Positions 19,413 through 29,115 of a stretch of 59,671 nt of DNA are shown here, one piece after another (position 1 is the stretch's first letter; the number at the start of each line of letters is the position of its first letter). The position numbers and the translations under genes are program-made. The DNA is from Eubacteriales bacterium (GTDB lineage Bacteria; Bacillota; Clostridia; Oscillospirales; CAG-272), in the NCBI GenBank assembly GCA_045604985.1, contig JAZUPD010000045.1, forward strand, positions 1-59,671, written 5' to 3'. The notes under the pieces were generated by a model. The model saw only the letters and a program-made list of their open reading frames with translations. It made no database searches and had not been told where the DNA came from.

Positions 19413-19497
19413 GATGCGATAAAGCAACTCGGCACAAAAACATTTGCTCCGCCTTATCATTATCGTTAATTGTCGGTGCGAAAACTAACTTATATAT

Positions 19498-19530
19498 AAA
19501 AAAACAAGGTCGACAAGACCTTGTTTTTTT
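19498..19530. terminator. bidirectional terminator between ddh and the ImmA-like gene
   Basis: A-run CAAGGTC-GACAA-GACCTTG T-run. Confidence 0.8.
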
Positions 19531-20041
19531 ATATATATTCTCTTAAAAAGCGGGAATCAGAAAGCTGTGGCTCAAGAATATCATAACCGCGACTCTTCAT
19601 TATCCTGCACTTAAAATCAACAAGCTCATTTGGGACGAAAAGTGCGCTTGCGATATGAAAAAAAGAGTTGTTTTTGTGTTCAAGTATATCCTCATCGCTT
19701 ATAAGAAGCTCAGCGGCAAAGAGATTTGCCTCATATTCCGTAGGCGTTGTTGAATCGAACAGGGTGATTTCGTGAAATGCACGGCTCGCAGCGATCCTGT
19801 CGTGAAGAATTGCGTGTCCAAGCTCGTGGGCGCAAAGAACCTTTTTTATATTTTCATCTGCAGAAGAATTTATAACTATATTTTTTATCCTCGACTGACA
19901 AAAATAATAAGCCTTTATGCCTCCAAGCTCATGATATCTTATTCTGATATCCAATTCCTCGCAGATTTTGAAGGGATCCCTCGACATTGTGCGGTGAATT
20001 ACCTCTTCAACAGCACCGATAATACGATTTACTGTCGACAT
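19529..20041 (-). CDS. ImmA/IrrE-family Zn metallopeptidase (DUF955)
   Basis: DPF.IC..L.I, AHELGH, E.EAN.FAAELL. Confidence 0.92.
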   Translation of the reverse strand: MSTVNRIIGAVEEVIHRTMSRDPFKICEELDIRIRYHELGGIKAYYFCQSRIKNIVINSSADENIKKVLCAHELGHAILHDRIAASRAFHEITLFDSTTPTEYEANLFAAELLISDEDILEHKNNSFFHIASALFVPNELVDFKCRIMKSRGYDILEPQLSDSRFLREYI

Positions 20042-20490
20042 CAGTTCATCTTCCTTCTACTTTTTCTCTTTCTTGGTGCGAATTTCGCACGTGCCTCTTC
20101 TTTGGAGTCGAGATAAACCTCCATTATAGAACGAAAGAACAGATCCTTTGCCTCGTCATCAAGCTCTCCGCCCGCAAAAAGCGCAGACGCTCTTGTCAGC
20201 ACCTCGCTTGCTTCTCTTGCGCCCTTTATTCCATACTCGTTTTTTACATTTGCAAGGAAAATATCCTTATCAACATCCATTTCCTTGTCGTCTTCCTCCT
20301 CGCTCATGAGGTATCCAACCGAGACGCAGAGTGCCTCAGCTATCTTTTTTAAGTTCCCCATTCTCGGCATAGTTCCCATTTGCTCATATGTATAAAGAGA
20401 TCTCTCCGAGATGCCTGTCTTTTCCGCAAGCTCGGTCTGCGAAAGATCCAGAGCAATGCGTGCTTGCCTTACTTTTTCACCAAACGTCAT
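20041..20490 (-). CDS. XRE-family HTH repressor (ImmR/DdrO-like)
   Basis: MTFGEKVR..LSQTELAEKTGISERSLYTYE; ATG 20490 after GGAGG; coupled to the protease gene. Confidence 0.9.
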   Translation of the reverse strand: MTFGEKVRQARIALDLSQTELAEKTGISERSLYTYEQMGTMPRMGNLKKIAEALCVSVGYLMSEEEDDKEMDVDKDIFLANVKNEYGIKGAREASEVLTRASALFAGGELDDEAKDLFFRSIMEVYLDSKEEARAKFAPRKRKSRRKMN

Positions 20491-20503
20491 AAATTCCTCC
20501 GCT

Positions 20504-20620
20504 AACTTCCGATTACCTGTTGACAAACTTCCGATTATCGTGTATAATGATTATACTGCAACTAACTTCCGATTAACATTTTACCACGGAAGTTTTGTTT
20601 TGTCAAGTACTTTTCGGAAG
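20504..20620. promoter_or_regulatory. face-to-face promoters with an operator array
   Basis: plus strand TTGACA(20520)-17-TATAAT(20543); minus strand TTGACA(20606)-17-TAAAAT(20583); AACTTCCGATTA at 20504, 20526 and 20564; inverted CGGAAGTT at 20587 and TCGGAAG at 20614. Confidence 0.85.
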
Positions 20621-20633
20621 GAGACTCTTTTTT

Positions 20634-21857
20634 ATGGAACGCACGATACTTCACTGCGACCTTAATAATTTTTACGCAAGCTGTGAATGTATGCTTAACC
20701 CTTCTATAAAGGATAAGCCCGTTGCCGTTTGCGGAAGCGTTGAGGATCGCCACGGAATTGTGCTTGCAAAAAATTATTATGCCAAAAGTTGTGGTGTACA
20801 GACCGCAGAAACTGTTTGGAGCGCACTTGCAAAATGCCCCAAGCTCGTTATCGTTAAGCCTCGTTTTGATATATATATTAAGTATTCAAGGCTTGTTAAG
20901 AGTATATATACCGATTATACTGACAAGGTCGAGTCCTTCGGGCTTGACGAATGCTGGCTCGACATAAGCGGAAAAAGTATAGACGAGAAAAAGGCATTTT
21001 CAATAGCAAATGAGATAAAAGAAAGAGTAAAAAAAGAAACAGGACTCACCATTTCCGTAGGCGTTTCCTTTAACAAGGTGTTTGCAAAACTGGGAAGCGA
21101 CATGAAAAAACCCGATGCGGTAACGATGATAACAAGAGAGAACTTCAAAGAAAAAATATGGCAGCTTCCTGCTTCGGATCTTTTGGGTGTAGGAAGAAGC
21201 ACGAAAAAGCTACTTGATAAATATAACATAAACACGATCGGTAACATTGCCGCAACGCCAAAGAGCTTTTTCAAAGTTAAAATGGGAAAAAACGGTGCAA
21301 GACTTTGGGAAAATGCAAATGGAAACGACGATTCTCCCATAATCGAAACAGAATGCTATATCCCGGCAAAATCCGTCGGTCACGGAATGACCACAAGAAA
21401 TGATCTAACCACCCTTGATGATGTTTGGACCACCATGTTGCTCCTCACTCAGGATATAGGATATAGTCTTAAGATAAACAAACAAAAGGCCTGCGGAGTT
21501 ACGGTGAGCATAAGAGACTGCAAGCTCTCGTCAAGGCAATGGCAATGCAGACTCCCTATTCCAACGGGAAGCTCTATAAATTTAGCCAAGGCAGCATTCT
21601 CACTTTTTAAAAGCTCATACGGATGGGAAAATCCGCTGCGTTCCGTTACCGTAACCGCTATAAATCTCGTTTCTGCCGATATGCCGACTCAACTGAATAT
21701 TTTTGACGACAACAGAAAATTTGAACGTATAGAACGGCTTGAGGAGTGTGCATATGAGGTGAGAGACCGATTCGGAATGGATTCTCTTGTGCCTGCGGCA
21801 CTTTTGGGTTGCGAAAAATTCACAGAAAAAACAAGCTTTTTGCCGAGACAATGGTGA
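20634..21857 (+). CDS. dinB: Y-family DNA polymerase (DinB/UmuC/ImpB)
   Basis: ILHCDLNNFYAS, GLDECWLD, SFNKVFAKLGSD.KKP, C-terminal QLNIF clamp-binding motif, RFG. Confidence 0.9.
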   Translation: MERTILHCDLNNFYASCECMLNPSIKDKPVAVCGSVEDRHGIVLAKNYYAKSCGVQTAETVWSALAKCPKLVIVKPRFDIYIKYSRLVKSIYTDYTDKVESFGLDECWLDISGKSIDEKKAFSIANEIKERVKKETGLTISVGVSFNKVFAKLGSDMKKPDAVTMITRENFKEKIWQLPASDLLGVGRSTKKLLDKYNINTIGNIAATPKSFFKVKMGKNGARLWENANGNDDSPIIETECYIPAKSVGHGMTTRNDLTTLDDVWTTMLLLTQDIGYSLKINKQKACGVTVSIRDCKLSSRQWQCRLPIPTGSSINLAKAAFSLFKSSYGWENPLRSVTVTAINLVSADMPTQLNIFDDNRKFERIERLEECAYEVRDRFGMDSLVPAALLGCEKFTEKTSFLPRQW

Positions 21858-21937
21858 TTTTTTTCGATCTGTACTTGCAAAAACACCTGATCAGGTTTAT
21901 AATGTATATATAAAAAAATAAAAAAGTAGGTTTTTGT

Positions 21938-22798
21938 ATGAATATAAACAAATGGATCGCAAAAAATACCGAATCTCTTTCGGGTAAAAGGATTGCTATC
22001 TCAGGCTCGACAGGCGGTATTGGCAAAGAAATATGTAGGTATCTTCTGAAGCTCAGAGCTTCACTTGCTCTTATCGACAGAAACCAAAAACGGTCCGATG
22101 ACCTTGTCAAAATTCTCAAAACAGAATTTCCTTCAGCCGATATCACCCAAATAATAGCCGATATGGAAAATATAAATTCCGTCAAATCGGCTTGCGAGAA
22201 GCTTGAGAGCATGCGAATATACGCCTTGATTTTAAATGCGGGAGCATATAGCATCCCCAGACATAAATGCTCCACCGGATATGACAACGTGTTTCAGATC
22301 AATTTTGTGTCTCCGTATTATATGGCCCGCAAGCTTGAAGATCATGTAGAAAAGATAGTTGCCGTCGGAAGCATTGCTCACAATTATTCCAGCATAAAAG
22401 AGAATGATATTGATTTTTGCGGAGAGAAAAAAGCAAGTCTCGTTTATGGAAATGCAAAAAGATATCTTACATATTCCCTTCTTGGAGCGTTTGAAAACAA
22501 ACCAACAAAACTTTCGATAGCTCACCCCGGAATAACCTTTACGGGAATCACAAATCACTATCCAAAGCTTGTTTTTGCCCTTATCAAGCATCCTATGAAG
22601 GTCATTTTTATGAAGCCGAGGGTTGCTTGTCTCAGTATTTTGCTGGGTATTTTCGAGCATACGAAAAAATCAAGCTGGATAGGTCCCGCTTTGTTTGATA
22701 TATGGGGAAAACCTAAAAAGAAGATTTTGATGACCGCTTCCAAAGAAGAACAGAAATTCATTTGCGAAACCGCCGAAAGAATATACAAAGAATTATGA
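21938..22798 (+). CDS. SDR-family oxidoreductase
   Basis: SGSTGGIG, LNAG, YGNAK, HPG. Confidence 0.85.
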   Translation: MNINKWIAKNTESLSGKRIAISGSTGGIGKEICRYLLKLRASLALIDRNQKRSDDLVKILKTEFPSADITQIIADMENINSVKSACEKLESMRIYALILNAGAYSIPRHKCSTGYDNVFQINFVSPYYMARKLEDHVEKIVAVGSIAHNYSSIKENDIDFCGEKKASLVYGNAKRYLTYSLLGAFENKPTKLSIAHPGITFTGITNHYPKLVFALIKHPMKVIFMKPRVACLSILLGIFEHTKKSSWIGPALFDIWGKPKKKILMTASKEEQKFICETAERIYKEL

Positions 22799-23517
22799 GA
22801 TACAAAAATATTAAAAACGGAATTTTCATTGATAGGCCAAACCGATTTATTGCAAGAGTGCTTGTTGATGACAAAGATGAGATGGTTCATGTCAAAAACA
22901 CAGGAAGATGTAGAGAGTTACTTACTAAAGGCGCAACGGTTTATCTCGAAAAATCAGAAAACCCAAACAGAAAAACAAAATACGATCTTATTGCCATAGA
23001 AAAAATATGCGATAACGGCAAAAAAATACTCATAAATATTGATTCTGTTGCCCCAAACGAAGCAGCATTTGAATGGATAACGAAATGCGGTATTTTTTCG
23101 GAGAATGCAACGGTTAAAAGAGAGGTGTTTTTCTGCGATTCCCGCTTTGATCTCTATGTTTGTGACGGTGAAAGACTCGCATTTATTGAGGTCAAAGGAG
23201 TTACTCTTGAAAACAACGGCAAAGCAATGTTTCCCGATGCACCAACGGAGAGAGGGGTCAAGCATCTTTCCTCGCTTGTGAAGTGTATTTCAGAGGGTTA
23301 TGAAGCATATGTGTTATTTGTTATACAAATGAAAAGTGTCCACTCATTTGAACCGAATGACGCCATGCACAAAAAATTTGGAGACGCTTTGCGATTGGCA
23401 AAAAAATCAGGAGTTAAAATTTTAGCAAGAGACTGTATCGTAACACCCGATTCGCTGACTATTGATGAAGAAATCGAAGTTAGACTATTTGATAAAATAA
23501 TAAAGACCGAGATTTGA
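22795..23517 (+). CDS. sfsA: DNA/RNA nuclease SfsA
   Basis: RPNRF, HVKNTGR, SRFD, EVKGVTL, FPDAPTERG.KHL; ATG 22795. Confidence 0.95.
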   Translation: MRYKNIKNGIFIDRPNRFIARVLVDDKDEMVHVKNTGRCRELLTKGATVYLEKSENPNRKTKYDLIAIEKICDNGKKILINIDSVAPNEAAFEWITKCGIFSENATVKREVFFCDSRFDLYVCDGERLAFIEVKGVTLENNGKAMFPDAPTERGVKHLSSLVKCISEGYEAYVLFVIQMKSVHSFEPNDAMHKKFGDALRLAKKSGVKILARDCIVTPDSLTIDEEIEVRLFDKIIKTEI

Positions 23518-23532
23518 GCATCTCGGTCTTTT
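23502..23532. terminator. bidirectional terminator between sfsA and the AlbA_2 gene
   Basis: AAAGACCGAGAT-TTGAGC-ATCTCGGTCTTTT. Confidence 0.75.
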
Positions 23533-24929
23533 TATGATTTTAATCTGTAATAATAGCTCTTCCCCTTTTTTTCGAATATCAAAATCCCCTCAAATGACAG
23601 TGCTCGCAAAATTTCCATTGCCTTTTCTTTTTTGATTCCGAGAAGCGAAGCAATATCCGAGCTTGTGACCTCGATTTTTTCGGTTATATAGTCTATCACA
23701 GCTCGTTTTCTGCTGTCAATTAGTGCTTCTGTGCCATCAAAATCATCTGAGTCTGCGCCAAAATTCAAAATTACCGTAACGGTATCGGGAGAAAAGCTCT
23801 CAAGAACCTTTGGCGGACGCCACCCTTTCTTTTTCCATACCGAATAAATCCCTTTAACGCCACCGGAGCCTATTGAAGCAAGCCCAAGTATCCTTGCAAT
23901 AACCTCATTTCTTCTGTCAGTAATCCCACCTCCAAGAATGGATTCTCTTGAAAAACGCAGAGCCCCGGGATTTGATACTGTAAGACGATCTACCGAACAT
24001 TCTATACCGATACTTACTCTTGAACGATAATCCGAATGTATCATTGCATTGGCAATGGCTTCTGAGATAGCATCAAAAACAGTTTTTTTCTCATTCGCCT
24101 TCATACAAAACGCAGATAAATTCTTCATTATTATTTTTTCCGCCGTCAGATACAGCTCAAAGAGATTTTCGGCTTCGTATTTCACATTTGTTTCTCCTTC
24201 ATTTTCTGTAAAACTTGGAGAAAAGAACGGAAAATATTTTTTTATCTTATCTTTTTTACCAAACATAAGAAGTAAAGCGATATTTATGACAGACGTACCG
24301 TTATCCCGCCTTTGGAATACTCCTGACGAAATCAAAAGCTCCTCTATCGTAATATCAGAAATATCTCTGACAAGAGCAACTTTTTTTCTGTACTTTTCAA
24401 GTGTATCCACAGAAAGATCGGAAAAATCAAGGTCATCACACTGCACAGAATCGGCGGATATCCGTTCCGAATCGCGCCTCATGCTCTCTATCTCCTCTGC
24501 TTTACATCTGTAATCACCCTCTCCGCCGCGCCTATATGTTCCGCTCGTGATATTTCCGTCAATATATACAGGCTTATCAAAACGATTGGCTTTTGGAATA
24601 TTTATAGCAATGAAACTCTTTCCATTATATTTTTCAATAGTGATATCTCGATCGGAAAGAATATTTACACTAACTTTCTGCTTGTCTTTAAGCATTTTTT
24701 TGAATTTTTCGATCATTCCTTCGGGGTCCGGCAGGTCAATAACATGAAAACTTTTGTCCTTATATTCCTCTACTCCGAGCAGAATTACGCCGCCAAGAGT
24801 ATTGGCAAAAGCTGAATATGTTTCCCATATGCTCTCCGGCAAACCTCCGAGGGCTTTTTTTGCTTCGATCCTGTTATTTTCTCTGTATTTTTCAACATTT
24901 TTAATATCTATCAAAAAAAGCACCCCCAT
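23532..24929 (-). CDS. Schlafen/AlbA_2 + HATPase_c_4 + wHTH protein
   Basis: ENNRIEAKK, ETYSAFANT.GG...LGV, EAIANA.IH.DY, NPG, RN..IA, C-terminal HTH-like segment. Confidence 0.82.
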   Translation of the reverse strand: MGVLFLIDIKNVEKYRENNRIEAKKALGGLPESIWETYSAFANTLGGVILLGVEEYKDKSFHVIDLPDPEGMIEKFKKMLKDKQKVSVNILSDRDITIEKYNGKSFIAINIPKANRFDKPVYIDGNITSGTYRRGGEGDYRCKAEEIESMRRDSERISADSVQCDDLDFSDLSVDTLEKYRKKVALVRDISDITIEELLISSGVFQRRDNGTSVINIALLLMFGKKDKIKKYFPFFSPSFTENEGETNVKYEAENLFELYLTAEKIIMKNLSAFCMKANEKKTVFDAISEAIANAMIHSDYRSRVSIGIECSVDRLTVSNPGALRFSRESILGGGITDRRNEVIARILGLASIGSGGVKGIYSVWKKKGWRPPKVLESFSPDTVTVILNFGADSDDFDGTEALIDSRKRAVIDYITEKIEVTSSDIASLLGIKKEKAMEILRALSFEGILIFEKKGKSYYYRLKS

Positions 24930-25080
24930 CTCTAATATAAGTATAACAGATTTTCATCAAACATTCAACAAAAATCGTCTAAATAATTAAGATGTTTTTT
25001 ATTGCTATAATACCCCTTTGAATTAAAACACACGAGGTAAACCTGCATCTTACATTTTCTGAAATATAAAAAAGGACTTT

Positions 25081-25767
25081 TCAGTCCTTTTTTAGTTTTT
25101 TCAGATATTCTTTTATGTCATTTTTTATTCTGAAACTTTCTGTGGCTTTCGTAATCGTTTTGTTATGAACCCACCAAGAAAGCCTATTTTCTTCCAAGAA
25201 CGGTAAAACCTCATCAAAATTATATGCAAGTGCGGTCGCAAAATACCATGCCTGCATCATTTTTACATAGTATTCTTCGCTTTTAACAGCACAAACACGC
25301 TCAGCATATTCTTTTTTGAAGCTATCACCCAGAAAATGCCTCATAAGAAGCCCTATACCGAATCTTATCGTATAAGTATGCCCCGAAGAAATATATTGAT
25401 CTATTATCGGTAAAATCCGCTCCTTAAACTTGCTGAAAATTTTTGGATTCATTGAATCGCAAGTAGCCCAATTATCAACATACGGAAGAAAAGCATCAAG
25501 TGCCTTCACCGTGTCATCAAAATCACCTATCCTCTCAATAAGAAAAGCATGGAGATTGTTTTCTTCATAATATGCATGAGGAAGGTCGGAAAGGAATAAT
25601 TTTGCTTCTTGCTCTGTAAGATCTTTTGCATATTTTCGTAATATCGGTGTTCTTATTCCTATTATTTTTTCCTTTAAAACAGTAGGCATAAGTGCAGATT
25701 GAAAGTTTTTATAGCCCTCATCTGCAAGCGATAAAAGCTTGTTTTCGATATCATATATATTTCGCAT
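25081..25767 (-). CDS. DNA alkylation repair protein (AlkD-like)
   Basis: GIRTP.LR, VDNWATCD, YYVKM..AW. Confidence 0.88.
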   Translation of the reverse strand: MRNIYDIENKLLSLADEGYKNFQSALMPTVLKEKIIGIRTPILRKYAKDLTEQEAKLFLSDLPHAYYEENNLHAFLIERIGDFDDTVKALDAFLPYVDNWATCDSMNPKIFSKFKERILPIIDQYISSGHTYTIRFGIGLLMRHFLGDSFKKEYAERVCAVKSEEYYVKMMQAWYFATALAYNFDEVLPFLEENRLSWWVHNKTITKATESFRIKNDIKEYLKKLKKD

Positions 25768-25817
25768 TTTTCGCCCTATCTTTCCGAAGCTTATGATGAA
25801 TACTGTTAAGTGGATTT

Positions 25818-26921
25818 CTAATCATCCAACTCCGTTTTATATGATGACACATGGATCTCATTGATCTTCGATGCGAGCTCGCGTATAAAAACATTATCGG
25901 CCTTTGTACCGTTTTCAAGCTCAGTCATAATAACAAGCAAGTATGGGTGTTCATCATAAACTATTGCAATGTCGTGATACGCACTATAATCCCAACCGTA
26001 TTTATTTGCCGCAGCAGACGGCTTCACAGCAGATGGTATCATTATTCTATGGTTTGTACTGAACATCCATCTCTTCAACGCCTCGGAATATTTTCCGCCG
26101 CTCTCAAAATACTTATAGGTTTCAATTAGATAAGCGCCCATCTCTCTCGCATTTGCGCTAAAAAGCTTCTTTTGCGGATTTTCAACCCCAAGGCTCTCGG
26201 AAAAACTGTTAAATCCGTTTCTGCCAAAAACATTCCGAATCTCTGCAAAGGCAATATTGTCACTATATGTTATGGTGAGTTTCAAAAGATCATAATAAGT
26301 ATAAGCCGAGCCAAATTCGCTGTTCTGAATTATTCCCGATCCACTTTTGAATTTGTCTTCGGTATAAACGAAAACGTTGTCAACGTCAAATTTTGTGCCA
26401 TCAACATCACCTTCAGCCTCGGCCTTCTCAATTTCCATAAGCGTCCAAAGGACGTAAGGCTCTTTTATAACGCTTGCTGTATAGAACACATATTCGGAAT
26501 TATATTCCATTATGTCTCCGCTCTCAAAATTCATATAATAAAAGGCAACGGGAGGCATGAAGCTTTCTGCGGGAACGACCTCTCCCCCCGCTTCATCGGT
26601 TTCTGCCTCCTTTTGATAAAGCGGTGTTGATTGCTCTATCCATTCGCCCAGCTCTGAAGAAAGCTCTTTAAAATACAGCTGACGGCTCTCATCGTATGAA
26701 AGCTTCTCGGTTTCGGAAGAAGCAGTCGTTTCGGTTTCAGGCGGGAAAGTTTCTGTAACAAAATCTGTTATCATTTCGGTTTCGGTATCATCCGCATATG
26801 CGGAAACATCGTCATTACCTGACATAAACAGATAAATTCCGACAGAAAACGCCGCAATCACAATCATAATGAGTGCGAAAAAAAGTATTAAATTTGATTT
26901 TTGATATCTGCTTAACTTCAT
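25818..26921 (-). CDS. membrane-anchored serine hydrolase of the class A beta-lactamase/PBP-like fold
   Basis: N-terminal TM segment and T/E-rich linker; SVIK (SxxK), SDN, KYG, HD.AIV. Confidence 0.8.
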   Translation of the reverse strand: MKLSRYQKSNLILFFALIMIVIAAFSVGIYLFMSGNDDVSAYADDTETEMITDFVTETFPPETETTASSETEKLSYDESRQLYFKELSSELGEWIEQSTPLYQKEAETDEAGGEVVPAESFMPPVAFYYMNFESGDIMEYNSEYVFYTASVIKEPYVLWTLMEIEKAEAEGDVDGTKFDVDNVFVYTEDKFKSGSGIIQNSEFGSAYTYYDLLKLTITYSDNIAFAEIRNVFGRNGFNSFSESLGVENPQKKLFSANAREMGAYLIETYKYFESGGKYSEALKRWMFSTNHRIMIPSAVKPSAAANKYGWDYSAYHDIAIVYDEHPYLLVIMTELENGTKADNVFIRELASKINEIHVSSYKTELDD

Positions 26922-26930
26922 TCTACTTAA

Positions 26931-27782
26931 TTATAAAATTCCGGTTGCGTGCCTGTGAACATGGCAGCAAACATTTACAGCCACAGGAAGCCCCGCAATA
27001 TGTGTGGGATATTTTTCTATCTTGACCGAAAGTGCCGTGGTGTCACCGCCAAAGCCCTGCGGACCGATATCAAGTTTATTTATTTCGTAAAGAATTTTTT
27101 CTTCAAGCTCCGCATATTTTTTGTCAGGATTTATGTCGTCAAGCTCTCTTATAAGAGCCATTTTGGCGAGTAACGCACACTTTTCAAATGTACCGCCTAT
27201 ACCGACACCGAGTGTAACGGGAGGACATGGGTTTGCACCCGCCTTTTTTACGGTGTCAATGACAAAATCAATAATATCCTGCTCTGTTGCAGATGGATTA
27301 AACATCTTCACAGCACTCATATTTTCGCTTCCGAAGCCCTTTGGCAACGCTGTTATCTCAACCTTGCTGCCGGGGACAATATCTATGTAAACAACTGCCG
27401 GCGTATTATTTTCGGTATTTTTTCTGTAAAAAATGGGGTCGTCGACAACCGACAAGCGAAGCTTACCTTCAACATATGCTCTTTCTACACCACGATTTAC
27501 CGACTCCATAAGGTCACCGCCTACAAAATGAACATCTTGTCCGATTTTTAGAAAAACAACAGCCATTCCCGTATCCTGACAAATTGGAATATCCAGTTCC
27601 CTCGCCGCCTCGATATTGTCCTCCATAATAGAAAGAACGCTTTTTGCAAGTTCGTTTCGCTCGGAGTATTTAGCGCATCTTATAGCACGGCAGGTACTCT
27701 CCGGCAAGAGCTGGTTTGCACTCACGAAAAGTTCAGCAATTTTATCTTCAATTTGTTTTACATCAATTTCTCTTATATTCAT
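26931..27782 (-). CDS. Fe-S hydro-lyase, fumarate/tartrate alpha subunit
   Basis: PICQDTG, LRLSVV, PKGFGSEN, NPCPP, GPQGFGG, CH..RH. Confidence 0.92.
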   Translation of the reverse strand: MNIREIDVKQIEDKIAELFVSANQLLPESTCRAIRCAKYSERNELAKSVLSIMEDNIEAARELDIPICQDTGMAVVFLKIGQDVHFVGGDLMESVNRGVERAYVEGKLRLSVVDDPIFYRKNTENNTPAVVYIDIVPGSKVEITALPKGFGSENMSAVKMFNPSATEQDIIDFVIDTVKKAGANPCPPVTLGVGIGGTFEKCALLAKMALIRELDDINPDKKYAELEEKILYEINKLDIGPQGFGGDTTALSVKIEKYPTHIAGLPVAVNVCCHVHRHATGIL

Positions 27783-27844
27783 TCTTCCCCCAAAAAGTAC
27801 AGACAAACCGCCCGACAAAAATAGTGCGGGCGGCCGAAATATAT

Positions 27845-28135
27845 TTAATCAAGACCGTTATAATAAACGACTTCGCTTGGCAAACAGAGATTTAGTTTTT
27901 CTTTGGCTATCCTTATAACATATTCATCATCAAATTCGCATCCAAGCTCATATTCGATACGCTCGATGCTTTCGGAATATTCATTTTTCTTATATTCAAG
28001 TTCCTCGATCTTATCTCGGTAATCATTGTACTTCATAAGATTATGAGCAGAAAGGACAACGGAAACAACTATGAACAAAACGATTGCAAGTCTGACGAAA
28101 ATATTAAGCTCTATGCGCTTTGAAGAACCGTTCAT
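27845..28135 (-). CDS. divIC: septum formation initiator (DivIC/FtsB)
   Basis: TM + coiled coil + YVIRIAKEKL.L..P.E; follows yabPQ. Confidence 0.8.
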   Translation of the reverse strand: MNGSSKRIELNIFVRLAIVLFIVVSVVLSAHNLMKYNDYRDKIEELEYKKNEYSESIERIEYELGCEFDDEYVIRIAKEKLNLCLPSEVVYYNGLD

Positions 28136-28759
28136 TTAACCGTCCTGTCCTTTCATAAAATTTTCAAGAAAGCCATTTGAAGCTCGCCCCAAAAATGCCT
28201 TCATCTTGCGCTCGGCGGATCTTTGGCGAATTTTCACTAAAAATCGAGCAAAAGGAATGCCAAACAGCCTATTATATAGTTTAATAAGTATATTATACAT
28301 AATTTTGAACGGAAATGCAATAGCAAACAGAAAAATTTTTGTGATAATTTTCAAAAAAATGCAAATTATTTCCGCAGAAGCGATCACAAACCTTCCGAAA
28401 GTCATGTAATATGCAAAAAAACCTATGAAAACTGCCACGAGTGCCTGCAAACGAAATATTCCGTCATTTGTATAATAGATGAATACTGCGAATATCAATC
28501 CGCAAACAGTGAAAAAAAGTATGTCACCAAATATCACGGCAGCAAGAAGAAAACCATTTTTAAATTTCCCTTGTCTTTTTTCGAGCTTTCCAATTAGTGG
28601 ATACTCTTTTTCATAAAGATAAGCAGCACTTTTTCCACCATAGCTTACTCCGAGAAAAGTTCTTGAAATCCTGAATATATCGTATATAACCCCGAACGAA
28701 ATCCCGAGTAAAAACGCATAAAGAGTCATTGCTGCAAGCGTAGACATAGATTGAGCCAT
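28136..28759 (-). CDS. yabQ: spore cortex protein YabQ
   Basis: G..YDIFR, D.LF, N.G.FR TM pattern; synteny. Confidence 0.85.
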   Translation of the reverse strand: MAQSMSTLAAMTLYAFLLGISFGVIYDIFRISRTFLGVSYGGKSAAYLYEKEYPLIGKLEKRQGKFKNGFLLAAVIFGDILFFTVCGLIFAVFIYYTNDGIFRLQALVAVFIGFFAYYMTFGRFVIASAEIICIFLKIITKIFLFAIAFPFKIMYNILIKLYNRLFGIPFARFLVKIRQRSAERKMKAFLGRASNGFLENFMKGQDG

Positions 28760-29031
28760 CAGTCGATCAATCTCCCGAAAAAGCCTTTTTGCGGCTTGGG
28801 CGAGGAAGTATTATAGTACACTCCGTTTATTTTTCCCGTAAGCCTTACTACTCCTTTGTCGGTATCAAGTGTCCCTACTCTCAGTTCCTCACCCTCGACG
28901 ATAAGCTCACCCATCACGCTTTCAAGGCATACGCTCTCATCATCAAAGCTCGTCACCGACTCTACTCCGCAAATTTCAATATATCCCCGAGATCTTATAA
29001 GAATATCATGCTGCTTTGCTTGCTCGTTCAT
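28759..29031 (-). CDS. yabP: sporulation protein YabP
   Basis: GV..V.SFD, G.L.V.GE.L, G.I; synteny. Confidence 0.88.
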   Translation of the reverse strand: MNEQAKQHDILIRSRGYIEICGVESVTSFDDESVCLESVMGELIVEGEELRVGTLDTDKGVVRLTGKINGVYYNTSSPKPQKGFFGRLID

Positions 29032-29083
29032 GTTTTTTCCTCCAAAAAAGAAGCTCCGCAGCCGGTGGATGCGGAGGCTTATT

Positions 29084-29114
29084 ATTATATATGCAAGTCG
29101 TCGTCGCTTTATTA
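29084..29114 (-). promoter_or_regulatory. sigma-E-like promoter upstream of yabP
   Basis: minus strand TAATA-16 nt-CATATAT; yabPQ is sigma-E controlled in B. subtilis. Confidence 0.55.
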
Positions 29115-29115
29115 C

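Noticed and set aside
25818-26921. class A beta-lactamase resistance gene
   Set aside because: Membrane anchor and long linker, no recognisable ExxLN omega-loop motif, and housekeeping context; more likely a PBP-like cell-wall hydrolase.
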